Assembly (NCBI GenBank): GCA_963805975.1
Contig: CAWDVR010000001.1
Span: 928,001 to 992,000 of the forward strand
Source of the DNA: an uncultured Acidobacteriota bacterium
GTDB lineage: Bacteria > Acidobacteriota > Thermoanaerobaculia > Multivoradales > SZUA-115
Length of the DNA: 64,000 bases
Direction: 5' to 3'
Shown: positions 48,449 to 59,139 of the stretch, piece after piece
How positions within the stretch are numbered: position 1 is the stretch's first letter
Layout: every line of letters begins with the position of its first letter
Notes under the pieces: model-generated
Databases searched by the model: none
What the model was told of the DNA's origin: nothing
Seen by the model: only the letters and a program-made list of their open reading frames with translations
Program-made: the position numbers and the translations under genes

Positions 48449-48533
48449 GGTCTTCAGTGTGCTCTCCTCGGTGTCGCGCCGGTATCGGCGGCGCAGACCG
48501 CGTGGAAACCATGCGAAGACCGGGCCAGATAGC

Positions 48534-50291
48534 CTAGCGGCCCGGCCGGAGCCCCAGGATCAGCCCTATCAGAGCCAGCGCCGCGGCCGGGATCCACAGC
48601 GCTTTCGAAGCGAGCACCGCCGCGCCCACGATGCAGAAGCCCGCGAACACCGTGCCGCGGATACCGCTGAAGGGGTTCTCCGCCGGGCGCCGCGTGGCCT
48701 GCTCGACGAGCTTCAGGCCCTCCGAGACCAGCATCGGCACCTTGGCCAGCGCGTCCACCACCTCGGGCGCCTCGCGCAGGCCCTCGCGCAGGAAGCGCAG
48801 CGGGCTGAACTGCTGCAGGAAGATCTTGTTGACGTGCTTCTGCGACACGGCGGCGACGTCGAAGCCGGGCTTCAGCACCTGGCCCACACCTTCGAAGGTC
48901 ACCAGCGCCTTGACCATCAGCACCATCTCCACGGGGAAGTACATGCGGTACTTGCCCGCCTTGCCGACCGACTCGAGGATGAGCTGGGCGAGCGAGAAGT
49001 CGGCGAAGTTGGCGGCGTGGCGCCAGCGGCGCGAGACGTCGGCCACCTCGCGGCGGAAGCCCACCGGGTCGGCGCCCGGCGCGGCGGTGGCGAGGGCCAT
49101 CAGGTAGCGGCTGGCGGTCTCGGCGTCGCCCATCACCAGCGAGTAGTAGTAGTACATCAGCGAGCGGCGGAGCTGGTCCTCGAAGCGCCCCACCATGCCG
49201 AGGTCGATGAAGCCGCAGCGCACGCCTCGGCCTGCAGTGGCGGGCAGCACGATGAGGTTGCCGGGATGGAGGTCGGCGTGAAAGAAGCCGTCCTGGTAGA
49301 GCATGCGGATGATCGCCGTGGCTCCCAGATCGACCAGCCGGTCCCGCTCGGCCTCCGAGAGCGCCAGGGCCCGCGGGTCGTTGGGCTTGAAGCCCTGGAA
49401 GAACTCCATGCACAGCACGCGGTCGCTCGAATAGCGGCGGTAGATCTTGGGAAAGACCACGTCCGGCAGATCCTTGAAGTTGGCGGAGAAGGTCTCGGCG
49501 TTGTCGCCTTCGAGACGCAGGTCCACCTCGCGCAGCGTGTAGTCCACGAACTCGCGGATCACGCGCTTGGGCTGGAAGCGCGAGAGGAAGATCTGCAGGA
49601 AGTTGCCGAACACCTTGAGCAGCACGGCGTCGCGCCGCAGCGTCTCGCGGATCAGCGGCTTGACCACCTTGAGGATCACCTCGTCGCCCTCGCGCGTGGT
49701 GGCGCGGTGGGTCTGGGCGATCGAGGCCGAGCCCAGGGGCATGGGGTCGACCCAGGAGAACATCTCGTCGATCGGCCGGTCGAGGCTGCCGGCGATGATC
49801 TCGAGATAGCGCGGGAACGGCACCACGGGCAGCCGGTCGAGGAGGTTCTTGAGCTCGGCGGTCACCGCGGCGGGTAGCAGGTCCTCGCGCAGCGCCAGCA
49901 CCTGCCCGAGCTTGATGTAAGTGGGCCCCAGGATCTCGAGGCGGCGGCGAAACTGGACCGGGAAGGGCAGGCGCGCGAGGCGACGCGACAGGAACGGCCG
50001 CAGCAGCAAGGCCCAGAGCTGGAGGACGCGGAAACGAAGACCCCGCCGCAGCTCGGGGGGACGGTCGCGCGCCGCCGTCACCAGCAGACCGAGCAGCATG
50101 CCCCCCAGGTGGCGCTGGGTGGTGAACAGGCGGCGTACGAGACCCGGCGGGCGGGTCTCGATCAGGATCTCCCAGGCGGGGTCGGGCGCGGGGAGCGGAG
50201 AGGCGGCGGGAGGCGGGGGAGGAAGGCCGGGTGCGAGCGGCGTCGGGGCTGGCGTCGAGCCCGCGGTCGTGACCTCGTTCACTTCCGGCAA
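48534..50291 (-). CDS. UbiB/AarF/ABC1 family atypical kinase
   Basis: LGPTYIKLGQ, LGSASIAQ, FFHADLHPGN, IDLGMVG. Confidence 0.9.
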   Translation of the reverse strand: MPEVNEVTTAGSTPAPTPLAPGLPPPPPAASPLPAPDPAWEILIETRPPGLVRRLFTTQRHLGGMLLGLLVTAARDRPPELRRGLRFRVLQLWALLLRPFLSRRLARLPFPVQFRRRLEILGPTYIKLGQVLALREDLLPAAVTAELKNLLDRLPVVPFPRYLEIIAGSLDRPIDEMFSWVDPMPLGSASIAQTHRATTREGDEVILKVVKPLIRETLRRDAVLLKVFGNFLQIFLSRFQPKRVIREFVDYTLREVDLRLEGDNAETFSANFKDLPDVVFPKIYRRYSSDRVLCMEFFQGFKPNDPRALALSEAERDRLVDLGATAIIRMLYQDGFFHADLHPGNLIVLPATAGRGVRCGFIDLGMVGRFEDQLRRSLMYYYYSLVMGDAETASRYLMALATAAPGADPVGFRREVADVSRRWRHAANFADFSLAQLILESVGKAGKYRMYFPVEMVLMVKALVTFEGVGQVLKPGFDVAAVSQKHVNKIFLQQFSPLRFLREGLREAPEVVDALAKVPMLVSEGLKLVEQATRRPAENPFSGIRGTVFAGFCIVGAAVLASKALWIPAAALALIGLILGLRPGR

Positions 50292-50381
50292 GCATAGCCC
50301 GGAAACGCCACAGAGCCTGGAAACAGCAGGGTCCTTCTGCTACCCTGCGCCCGGCTCCACCGGCTCCCACAAAGAGAAACC

Positions 50382-51716
<1,335 letters not shown>

Positions 51717-51755
51717 TTTCCGGCGCTGGTGTGAGGCGAGCCGACTACGGACTGC

Positions 51756-52544
51756 CTATAGCCCCAATTCCTCTGCCCAGTCGGGGATGATGCCGAGCGC
51801 CTTCGCAAAATCGGCTAGACGGATAGTTGACAAGATTTGGCCAGGCGGCACAGTTTTCTTCGTGAGGCAGAAACGGCTCCATGGTTCAAACGCAGGATTG
51901 ACGAGGCGAGCAAAGTAAGAGATGCCTATGTCTGCGCCGGAAGACTCTGAACCTGTGATCAGGTCACGCGGATCCACTCGCGCAGCAACCACAACGGCTT
52001 CGCCAATCGTCTCTAGCCTCCTGAGGAACCAGTGCTTGGGCTTGGGAGTCCACGGGCCGAAGGGCCAGTAGAGTGCTTCTCCGCCATAGTAAAGAAAAAA
52101 CTTCTGGGTACCCCAGGCAAGCACCTCCGGGCGCGAGTGAACAAAGTGTAGCGTTCCCTCTCTGCCCTTCACGTGCTGAGTGCCGTCTCGCCACTTCCGG
52201 AGGACCGGCTCGATCTCTTCGCGTTCCTGCTGGGTCAGAATGTTCTCGCGCAGCGTATATGCAAGGAATTCATCCACGTGCGCTTGCTGGTTCAGGACCC
52301 GCAGGCCCTCGGAAGCAATCTTCCCTGGAAATAGCTCCTTTGTGCAATGGTAGACAACGAGACCGTTTTCACGGACGTACCGTTCAATCTCAACGATCGC
52401 CGGTCGAAGCGCCCATGCGCTACGAATGTCCTCATACGACGAGTGCGCGCGAAAGAGTTGCTGCACTGCTGGCGCAGAGAGGGGCTCGCGGAGCGAGCTA
52501 GGCCATGTGGTGGGGGTGTCCACTTCCAGTGCTGAAAGGCGCAT
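51756..52544 (-). CDS. Lower-GC hypothetical protein, possible ADP-ribosyltransferase-like fold
   Basis: 262-aa ORF, visibly more AT-rich than its flanks. VYHCT..IASEGL motif. Confidence 0.6.
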   Translation of the reverse strand: MRLSALEVDTPTTWPSSLREPLSAPAVQQLFRAHSSYEDIRSAWALRPAIVEIERYVRENGLVVYHCTKELFPGKIASEGLRVLNQQAHVDEFLAYTLRENILTQQEREEIEPVLRKWRDGTQHVKGREGTLHFVHSRPEVLAWGTQKFFLYYGGEALYWPFGPWTPKPKHWFLRRLETIGEAVVVAARVDPRDLITGSESSGADIGISYFARLVNPAFEPWSRFCLTKKTVPPGQILSTIRLADFAKALGIIPDWAEELGL

Positions 52545-52583
52545 CGCGAGCCAAGCCTCACTGGGGCCGTCTTGGGTGATTCC

Positions 52584-52863
52584 TCATCTGGCTCCTTCTC
52601 GTCTCCGGGCGATGGCGTTGGTGCACTGCACAGAAACCCAAAGGATGAGCAGAAGCAGCACTGCGACGAGCGCCCAGGAGGGGTAGATGCCGGCGGTCAG
52701 GAAGAGGCTCAAGACGACGGTGAGCAGCCCGGTATTGAGCGTCTGCATCAGCACGACATACCTCATACCTCAGCTTCGAGTATCGAGGGACCAGCTTCAG
52801 CCAGCGCGCCACGATCGACACGACGATCGATACCGCCACGATCTCGAGCACGAACGCGAACAT
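52584..52863 (-). pseudogene. Small membrane protein, paralog of 54043..54342, broken by a 7-bp duplication
   Basis: MFAFVLEIVAVSIVVSIV..LKLVPRY followed by TAGIYPSW..CTNAIARR in another frame. catacct is duplicated at 52757-52770. Confidence 0.8.
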
Positions 52864-52922
52864 CGAAGACCTCCTACCTTCCGGGTCGGTCGGGATGCGC
52901 AGGCCACGGCCTGCCTACGAGC

Positions 52923-53240
52923 TCAGCGGCGAGATCCGAAGGGACGCGCCCCCTGGACTGAACGAGTCTGGCGCCCCTTGCGATACGCCTCCTTGCGGTC
53001 AGCAATCCGGACGACGATGACCACCAGGCGATCGTCCTCGATCGTGTAGACGATCCGGTAAGACCCCTGGCGTACCCGGTACAGCTCCGCCAGGCCCGAC
53101 AACTTGACACAGCCTGATGGCCGTGGTTCCTCGGCCAGCGCAAGGATTCGGTCGACAACCAGTTGCCGATCCTTCTTCCGCGGCAAGGCATCGAGCTCCT
53201 TCGCCGCCGCCGCAGTGATCTGCAGCTCATACCCGGCCAC
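52923..53240 (-). CDS. relE: RelE/ParE family toxin
   Basis: AKELDAL, PRPSGCVKLSG, YRVRQGSYRIVYTI, RKEAYR. Confidence 0.9.
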   Translation of the reverse strand: MAGYELQITAAAAKELDALPRKKDRQLVVDRILALAEEPRPSGCVKLSGLAELYRVRQGSYRIVYTIEDDRLVVIVVRIADRKEAYRKGRQTRSVQGARPFGSRR

Positions 53241-53457
53241 GGCGCCGCAGGTCCTTGACGACCTCGTCGAAGCTCAGCACCGGCTCGCGGCGTCGCTGGG
53301 CGAATGCCTGGAGGTCGTCCGCGTCCTCGCCGAGGGCGAGCTCGACGGCTTCGTTGACCAGCTCCGAGATCGACCGATCTGTCGCGGCCGCCTTGAGCCG
53401 CAGGGTGCGGTGGATCTCCGGATCGAAGTAGACCGTGGCGCGCTTCGTGGGTTCCAT
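53227..53457 (-). CDS. RHH/CopG family antitoxin
   Basis: RATVYFDPEIHRTLRLKAA..SISELVNEAV. Overlaps the toxin start. Confidence 0.88.
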   Translation of the reverse strand: MEPTKRATVYFDPEIHRTLRLKAAATDRSISELVNEAVELALGEDADDLQAFAQRRREPVLSFDEVVKDLRRRGRV

Positions 53458-53518
53458 GAGGCCCAGGGTGGCACTCTGGCGCCAAAACGTCAAGACGACT
53501 GGCGTGAGGCTCGGCCGC

Positions 53519-54025
53519 CTATCGATCCTTTTCGTCCTTGGCCTGCGACCGCGTGAGGATCCGCGCCACCGCCGTGATCGCCAGCGGGACGATGGCGATG
53601 GCCGGCGCGGCGAGGAGCAGCGCGAGGAGACCCTTGCCGCGCCGGCCGAGGATCGGCCGCTCGTCTGCCTCGTCGGCCGGCTCGCCCGCCGGGAACAAGT
53701 CTTCCGCCGGGGGCTGGAGCAGGAGGCGGGCTTCCTCGGCCTGATCGGCCGGCACCGCGAGCCGGATGCCGCCGACCGCCGGGATCAGGAACCAGTCGAT
53801 GGCCAGCAGGTTCTCGTCGCGCAGCGAGGCCTCGATCCCGTTCGCTTGCAGAAGGCCGAGGGCAAGCTGGGCCTCGCCCGAGTCGTGAAACCGATCGATG
53901 ACGGTGAGAGTGTGGCCCAGATCGTGCTCCGGCCCCGCAGGTGGGGCCTCGACGAGAGCCACGGCGCAGTCCGGGCACTCGGTGGTCCCGCTGATGAATT
54001 CGGCGCCGCAAGCTGGACAGAACAT
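53519..54025 (-). CDS. Zn-ribbon + DUF2007-like membrane-anchored protein
   Basis: MFCPACG..CPDC, EAQLALGLLQANGIEA, GIRLAVP, C-terminal TM. Confidence 0.78.
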   Translation of the reverse strand: MFCPACGAEFISGTTECPDCAVALVEAPPAGPEHDLGHTLTVIDRFHDSGEAQLALGLLQANGIEASLRDENLLAIDWFLIPAVGGIRLAVPADQAEEARLLLQPPAEDLFPAGEPADEADERPILGRRGKGLLALLLAAPAIAIVPLAITAVARILTRSQAKDEKDR

Positions 54026-54042
54026 GCTCGGGGAAGTCCTTT

Positions 54043-54342
54043 CTAGGGCCGCGGTCCCTGGCCCGGCATTTCAGCCCCCTTCTGCTGCCGGCGGGCGATC
54101 GCGCTCGTGCAGCGCACGGCGACCCACAGGCAGGTGAGCATCAGGAGCGCGAGGTGCCACCAGGAGGGGTAGATGCCCGCGGCCAGCAAGGCGCTGAGCG
54201 CCGCGGTGAGCAACACCGTGTCGATCACCTGCACCAGGAGCCGGTGCCGCAGCCTCGGATACCGCGGGATCAGCTTCAGGACATCCGCGGCGATCGACAC
54301 CACGATCGAAACGAGGATGACCTGGATCACGAAACCGAGCAT
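54043..54342 (-). CDS. Small 3-TM membrane protein
   Basis: GAGGAGG RBS, hydrophobic. A paralog nearby supports coding status. Confidence 0.75.
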   Translation of the reverse strand: MLGFVIQVILVSIVVSIAADVLKLIPRYPRLRHRLLVQVIDTVLLTAALSALLAAGIYPSWWHLALLMLTCLWVAVRCTSAIARRQQKGAEMPGQGPRP

Positions 54343-54354
54343 CGGTAGCCCTCC

Positions 54355-55569
54355 TCAGCTCGCCAGCACCTTTCCCTTGGTCTCCGGCAGCGTCCAGATC
54401 CACAGCCCGGCCGCCACGGCGAAGCCGGCGGCGAGCGCGATACCGCCGGCCATGCCCCAGCGCGGCGCCACGGCCGCGATCACCACCGGCGCCAGGAACT
54501 GCACACCGCGCGACAGGTTCATGATGATCGAGAGCGCGCTGCCGCGCACCCGGGTGGAGAAGAGCTCGGAGAAGCTCGGCCCGTAGCTCGACCAGGTGCC
54601 CGTGCCGAGGCCCGAGACGAACAGGAAGAGGAAGACCAGCCACGGTGAACCGGCGATCCACGGCCAGAACACGGTGAACATCAGGAGGCCGAGCGCCATC
54701 ACGCCGCAGAACAGCGTAAACGTGCGGCGGCGACCCCAGCGATCGGAGAGCCAGCCGAACGCCAGGTAGCCGGTGAGCGAGCCCAGCACGAAGAGGAGCG
54801 TGGCGCGGCCGGAGCGCGCCTGGCTCAGGCCCCGTTCGGTCTGCAGATAAAGCGGCAGCCAGGTGACGGCGAACCAGTAGTTCGACATGTTGAGCAGGGT
54901 GAGCACGAAGCACTTGAAGAAGGTCACAGCCTGAGCGCCCGTGAGCAGCTCCCGCGCTACTGAAGCCCTCTTCTCTTGCTGCTGCCAGAGATCGGACTCC
55001 GGCACCCGGGAGAGGAGCGCCAGGCTCAGCACCGGCAGGGCCGAGAGGGCGAAGACCAGCCGCCAGCCGACCTCGGGCGCGAGGAAGGAGCCCACTACCG
55101 CGGCGAGGCCCAGCCCCAGCGGCGCGCCGCTCTGCGCCAGGGCGCCGAAGCGACCGCGGAGCATGGGCGGCACGGTCTCCCCCAGCAGGGCCTGGCCCGC
55201 GCCCCAGGAGCCGCCGACACCGAGGCCGGTCAGGGCACGCGCCGCGGCGAGCCAGAAGAGATCGGGTGCGGCGGCACAGAGGAGGTTGCCGGCGGAGAAG
55301 GTGAGCACGGCGAGGGCGGCCGAGGCGCGCCGGCCCATGCGGTCGGCGAGCCAGCCGAAGAGGAATCCGCCCACGCCGGTGGCGCCGATGGCGACGCCGG
55401 TCAACCAGCCCAGGTTGGCAAGGCTGCCGGCGAACTCCTCGCGCAGCGCGGGCAGGAGGAAGCTGAAGACGGTGAGCGAGTAGAAGCCGGTGAGCCACAC
55501 TCCCCAGGCAAAGGCGAGGATGGCGTAGTGCGGGCCTGTCGGCCGGGACGCTTGATGGAGCGGTGGCAA
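54355..55569 (-). CDS. MFS transporter
   Basis: GWLADRMGRR and GWLSDRWGRR motif A, about 12 TM. Confidence 0.9.
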   Translation of the reverse strand: MPPLHQASRPTGPHYAILAFAWGVWLTGFYSLTVFSFLLPALREEFAGSLANLGWLTGVAIGATGVGGFLFGWLADRMGRRASAALAVLTFSAGNLLCAAAPDLFWLAAARALTGLGVGGSWGAGQALLGETVPPMLRGRFGALAQSGAPLGLGLAAVVGSFLAPEVGWRLVFALSALPVLSLALLSRVPESDLWQQQEKRASVARELLTGAQAVTFFKCFVLTLLNMSNYWFAVTWLPLYLQTERGLSQARSGRATLLFVLGSLTGYLAFGWLSDRWGRRRTFTLFCGVMALGLLMFTVFWPWIAGSPWLVFLFLFVSGLGTGTWSSYGPSFSELFSTRVRGSALSIIMNLSRGVQFLAPVVIAAVAPRWGMAGGIALAAGFAVAAGLWIWTLPETKGKVLAS

Positions 55570-55752
55570 AGGTGATCAGGAGGCGTCGGTTGGTGCTGGT
55601 TGGTGCCGGCGACTCTACCGCATGCGCCTGGGATCCAGACGGCCGGCGCAGGTCCGGCCGCTACGTCCGGAGGCGCGGGACGCGGCCGAGACCTCGTGAG
55701 TGTGCCAAGATCAGCCGCCAGGATCTACCATGACTCAAGGAGAAGCTCCCCG

Positions 55753-56292
55753 ATGACGCGCAAGCTCGAGGCACTGCTCACTGTCACCCTGCTTCTCATC
55801 TTCACCGCCTTCGCCGGACCGGCCACCGCTGCGGAGCACCGCATCGGTGTCGGCGCCAACTACTGGAAGACCATCGACGACCTCGAGGACGAGGGCATCG
55901 ACAACCTCGACGAGATCGACGACAGCGGCGTGGCCGAGGTGATCTCCTACCAGTACTGGCCGAAGGGTCTGATCGGCTTCGAGATCGACCTCGAGCACTT
56001 CCCGGACGGCTTCGGCGGCTCGACCGACGACGCCTGGTCGCCGCAGGTCTACATCACCGCCGGGCACGGCATCTACGGCGGCCTGGGCGCGGGGATCACC
56101 AACTCCTCGGACTTCGAGGACGACGACTGGTCTGATCCGTTCTATGCCGCCAAGCTGGGCTTCAACGTCTCCCTGCTGCCGCACATTGCTCTCGACATCT
56201 ACGGCAACTACCGCTTCGACGCCTGGAGCGAGCTCGGCGACGCGGACACCGACACCATTTTCCTAGGCGCGCAGGTGCGGATCACTTTTTGA
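55753..56292 (+). CDS. Small outer-membrane beta-barrel protein
   Basis: Signal peptide, alternating beta-strands with acidic loops, C-terminal Phe (GAQVRITF). AAGGAG RBS. Confidence 0.75.
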   Translation: MTRKLEALLTVTLLLIFTAFAGPATAAEHRIGVGANYWKTIDDLEDEGIDNLDEIDDSGVAEVISYQYWPKGLIGFEIDLEHFPDGFGGSTDDAWSPQVYITAGHGIYGGLGAGITNSSDFEDDDWSDPFYAAKLGFNVSLLPHIALDIYGNYRFDAWSELGDADTDTIFLGAQVRITF

Positions 56293-57745
56293 CCGCGAGG
56301 GTCAGCGGGTCGACCATCGGCACTTCTTCCACGGCCCCGAAGGCCGCCAGCTCGGCGGCCGGCGGGGCCGGCCCCACCAGCACCACCGTCCAGGCCTCGG
56401 GCCTCAGCCAAGCGCTCGCGACGCGTGCCAGGTCCGCGGGCGTGATCCGGCCGTAGCGCTCGACGGCCCGCGCCCAGAAGTCGAGCGGCCGGCCGGAGAG
56501 CTCGTCCGCGGCGAGCGCCGAGGCGAGGTCGCGCGGCGACTCGAAGCCGCGCGACAGCCGGGCGAGGAGCGAGGCGCGGGCCAAGCCGAGCTCCTCGGGG
56601 CCGGGCGGCTGGGCGCGCAGGCGCTCGAGCTCCTGGCGCACCAGCGTGAGCGCGCGCGCCGCCTTGGTCGGCTGCGTCTGGAAGCGGATCTGGAAAGCAC
56701 CCGGCCACAGCACTCCCAGACCGGAGTCCGACGCCGGGAAGTAGACCAACCCCTCCTCGTTGCGCAGGCCGCGCACCAAACGCGAGGTGAAGCCGCCGCC
56801 CACCAGCACCTCGTGCAGCAGGTTCCAGGCGTAGAGGTCGGGGTCCTCCCAGCGGCCGCTCCAGGCGTGGCCGGGGTGACCGAGCGCGACGTAGGTCTGC
56901 TGGGCCGGTGCCGCGAGCGCGACGACGCGCGGCCCCGCGGCCGGTGAGCCCTCCGGAGCCTTCGGCGGCCAGGCCGCGGCCGTACCACGAGGCGACCAGG
57001 CGGCCACCTCGCGCTCGAGACGGGCGAGCACGGCGCGCGGCTCCACGTCGCCCGCCACCGCGATGGCCAGGTTCGGCGGGGCGAAGGAGCGGGCATGGAA
57101 GGCGGCGAGCTCGGTGGCAGTGGCGGCGGCGATCTCGCCGGCGGTGGCGAGGCGGGCACCGAAGTGGCTGCGGCCGAAGAGGCGCCAGTCCCACTCGCGT
57201 TGCAGCACGGCCGCGGGATCGTCGTTGCGCTTGGCCATCGCTCCCGTCACCGTGGCCTTTTCCTGGACCAGGGCCGCTTCGTCCCAACGCGGCTCGCGGA
57301 GCATCTCGAAGAACAGACCGAGGGCGGGGTCGAGCTCGGACGAGAGCACGTTGAGGCTCGCGGTGGAGATCGCGCTGCCTGCCGAGACCTGGACGCGCGC
57401 CGCGAGCCGGTCGAGCGCCGCGTCGAAAGCGGCGGGATCGAGGCGCCGGGTGCCGCCACGGCGCAGCATGCGGGCCGCGAGCGAGGCCAGGCCCGAACGG
57501 TCCGCCGGCTCGAGGAAAGCGCCGGAGCGCGCCTGTACGACGATGTCGACCAGCGGCAGGTTGTGATCCACGACGACGTACACCGGGGTACCGTCCGCGA
57601 GCTGGTGGCGCACCTCCTGGGCGGCGGGAAGGCGAGTCTCGGCCGGCGGGAAGCGCAGCTCCTCGGGGCGCGCGGGGACCTTCTCCTCGGCTACCGCGGC
57701 TACGGCCAGCGAGGCCGCCAGAAGCAGCACGGCGGCGAGCCTCAT
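56282..57745 (-). CDS. M16 peptidase, non-catalytic subunit
   Basis: Signal peptide, GLASLAARML, GGGFTSRL..LR..GLVY. Lacks HxxEH. Confidence 0.88.
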   Translation of the reverse strand: MRLAAVLLLAASLAVAAVAEEKVPARPEELRFPPAETRLPAAQEVRHQLADGTPVYVVVDHNLPLVDIVVQARSGAFLEPADRSGLASLAARMLRRGGTRRLDPAAFDAALDRLAARVQVSAGSAISTASLNVLSSELDPALGLFFEMLREPRWDEAALVQEKATVTGAMAKRNDDPAAVLQREWDWRLFGRSHFGARLATAGEIAAATATELAAFHARSFAPPNLAIAVAGDVEPRAVLARLEREVAAWSPRGTAAAWPPKAPEGSPAAGPRVVALAAPAQQTYVALGHPGHAWSGRWEDPDLYAWNLLHEVLVGGGFTSRLVRGLRNEEGLVYFPASDSGLGVLWPGAFQIRFQTQPTKAARALTLVRQELERLRAQPPGPEELGLARASLLARLSRGFESPRDLASALAADELSGRPLDFWARAVERYGRITPADLARVASAWLRPEAWTVVLVGPAPPAAELAAFGAVEEVPMVDPLTLAVKK

Positions 57746-59115
57746 GGCATGCCTCCTGGTTGCACAGCCGGTATTGCGGCGGGTGGCGCCTCGCGCCGGA
57801 TCTCCACCACCAGCCGGTTCTGCGGCCGGAGGTAGGCCGCGGCCACCCGCTGCAGGTCGGCCGGCTGCACGGCCCGGATGCGCTCCCCCTGCTGCTGGAT
57901 CCAGGTCCAATCCCCCGCGCCGGCGTTCGCCAGGATGCGCCCGGCGAGCAGATAGGGATTGGTGAGCCGGCGATAGCCGTCGGCGGCGAGGTTGTTCTTC
58001 ACCCGCGCCAGCTCCTCGGCCGGCACCGGCTGGCTAATCAGATCGTGGAGCACCCGGCCGATCCCCTCTTCGAGGGCCGCCAGCGGCGTCTCGCCCTGCG
58101 CTTCGGCTTTGAGGACCAAGTAGCCGGCCGCTGCTTGCGAGACCTGCTCGGCCGTGGCGCGGCCGGCGAGCCCGCCCGCCACCAGGGCAGGGTAGAGCCG
58201 GCCGCTACGGCCGTTGAGCAGGGCGGCCAGCACTTCGAGCGCCGCCACGTCGTCGTGGAGGAAGGGCGCCGTGTGGTAGCGCAGCACCAGTTGCGGCGGG
58301 CACGCGCAGGAGGCGCCGAGGCGCCTCTCGGACTCCTGCGGCGGCTCGGGCATCCGGCTCCCGGCGGCCGGCGCCGGAGGCGCGGGCAGGCGGCCGAAGT
58401 AGCGCTCGGCGAGCGCGCGCACCGCGGCCGTGTCGAAGCGGCCGATCAGCACGGCGGTCAGGTTGGCCGGCCGGTAGTGCCGCTCGAAGAACTTTCGCAC
58501 CTCGGGCTCTCCCGCGGCCTCCAGCTCGCCGGGGGCGCCCCAGCGCGAGCGGCGGTAGGGGTGCGCCTGCCAGAAGGCGGCGTCGATCGGCTCGTCGAGG
58601 GCACCGGTCGGAGTGGCGCCCTGGATCTGCCGCTGCTCCTCGCGGATCACCTTGCGCTCGGCCTCGAGGCCCAGGAAGGCGGGCGCCAGCAGGCGGTCCG
58701 ACTCCAGCCAGAACCACAGCTCCAGCCGCTCGGCCGGCACCGAGACGAGGTAGACCGTGGCGTCCTGGGTGGTGAAGGCGTTGACGGCGGTGCCGCCGGC
58801 CGCGGTGTAGTGGCGGTCGAGAGCGTCCGGCTCGGGAAGCGTGGCCGTGCCCTTGAACATCAGGTGCTCGAGGAGGTGGGCGAGCCCCGTCGCGCCGTCG
58901 GGGTCGCTCGCCGAGCCGGCGGCGACGACCCAGCCCGCGGCTACGTTGGCGAGCTCCGGGCGGCCAAAAAGCAGGAACGTCATGCCGTTCGGAAGCTGGA
59001 AGCGGGTGGCCTCCAGGCGGGCGGGCGGCGGGCCGCTCTCGCCGGCGAGCGGCAGGACGACGGCCGCGAGCGCCAGGAAGACCGCCGTCAGGATCTGTCC
59101 TGCACTCGTTCGCAT
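57742..59115 (-). CDS. M16 peptidase, catalytic subunit
   Basis: GLAHLLEHLMFKGT, NAFT, LESDR. Confidence 0.92.
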   Translation of the reverse strand: MRTSAGQILTAVFLALAAVVLPLAGESGPPPARLEATRFQLPNGMTFLLFGRPELANVAAGWVVAAGSASDPDGATGLAHLLEHLMFKGTATLPEPDALDRHYTAAGGTAVNAFTTQDATVYLVSVPAERLELWFWLESDRLLAPAFLGLEAERKVIREEQRQIQGATPTGALDEPIDAAFWQAHPYRRSRWGAPGELEAAGEPEVRKFFERHYRPANLTAVLIGRFDTAAVRALAERYFGRLPAPPAPAAGSRMPEPPQESERRLGASCACPPQLVLRYHTAPFLHDDVAALEVLAALLNGRSGRLYPALVAGGLAGRATAEQVSQAAAGYLVLKAEAQGETPLAALEEGIGRVLHDLISQPVPAEELARVKNNLAADGYRRLTNPYLLAGRILANAGAGDWTWIQQQGERIRAVQPADLQRVAAAYLRPQNRLVVEIRREAPPAAIPAVQPGGMP

Positions 59116-59139
59116 GGCTCGCTCCGTAGTCGTGCGCAG

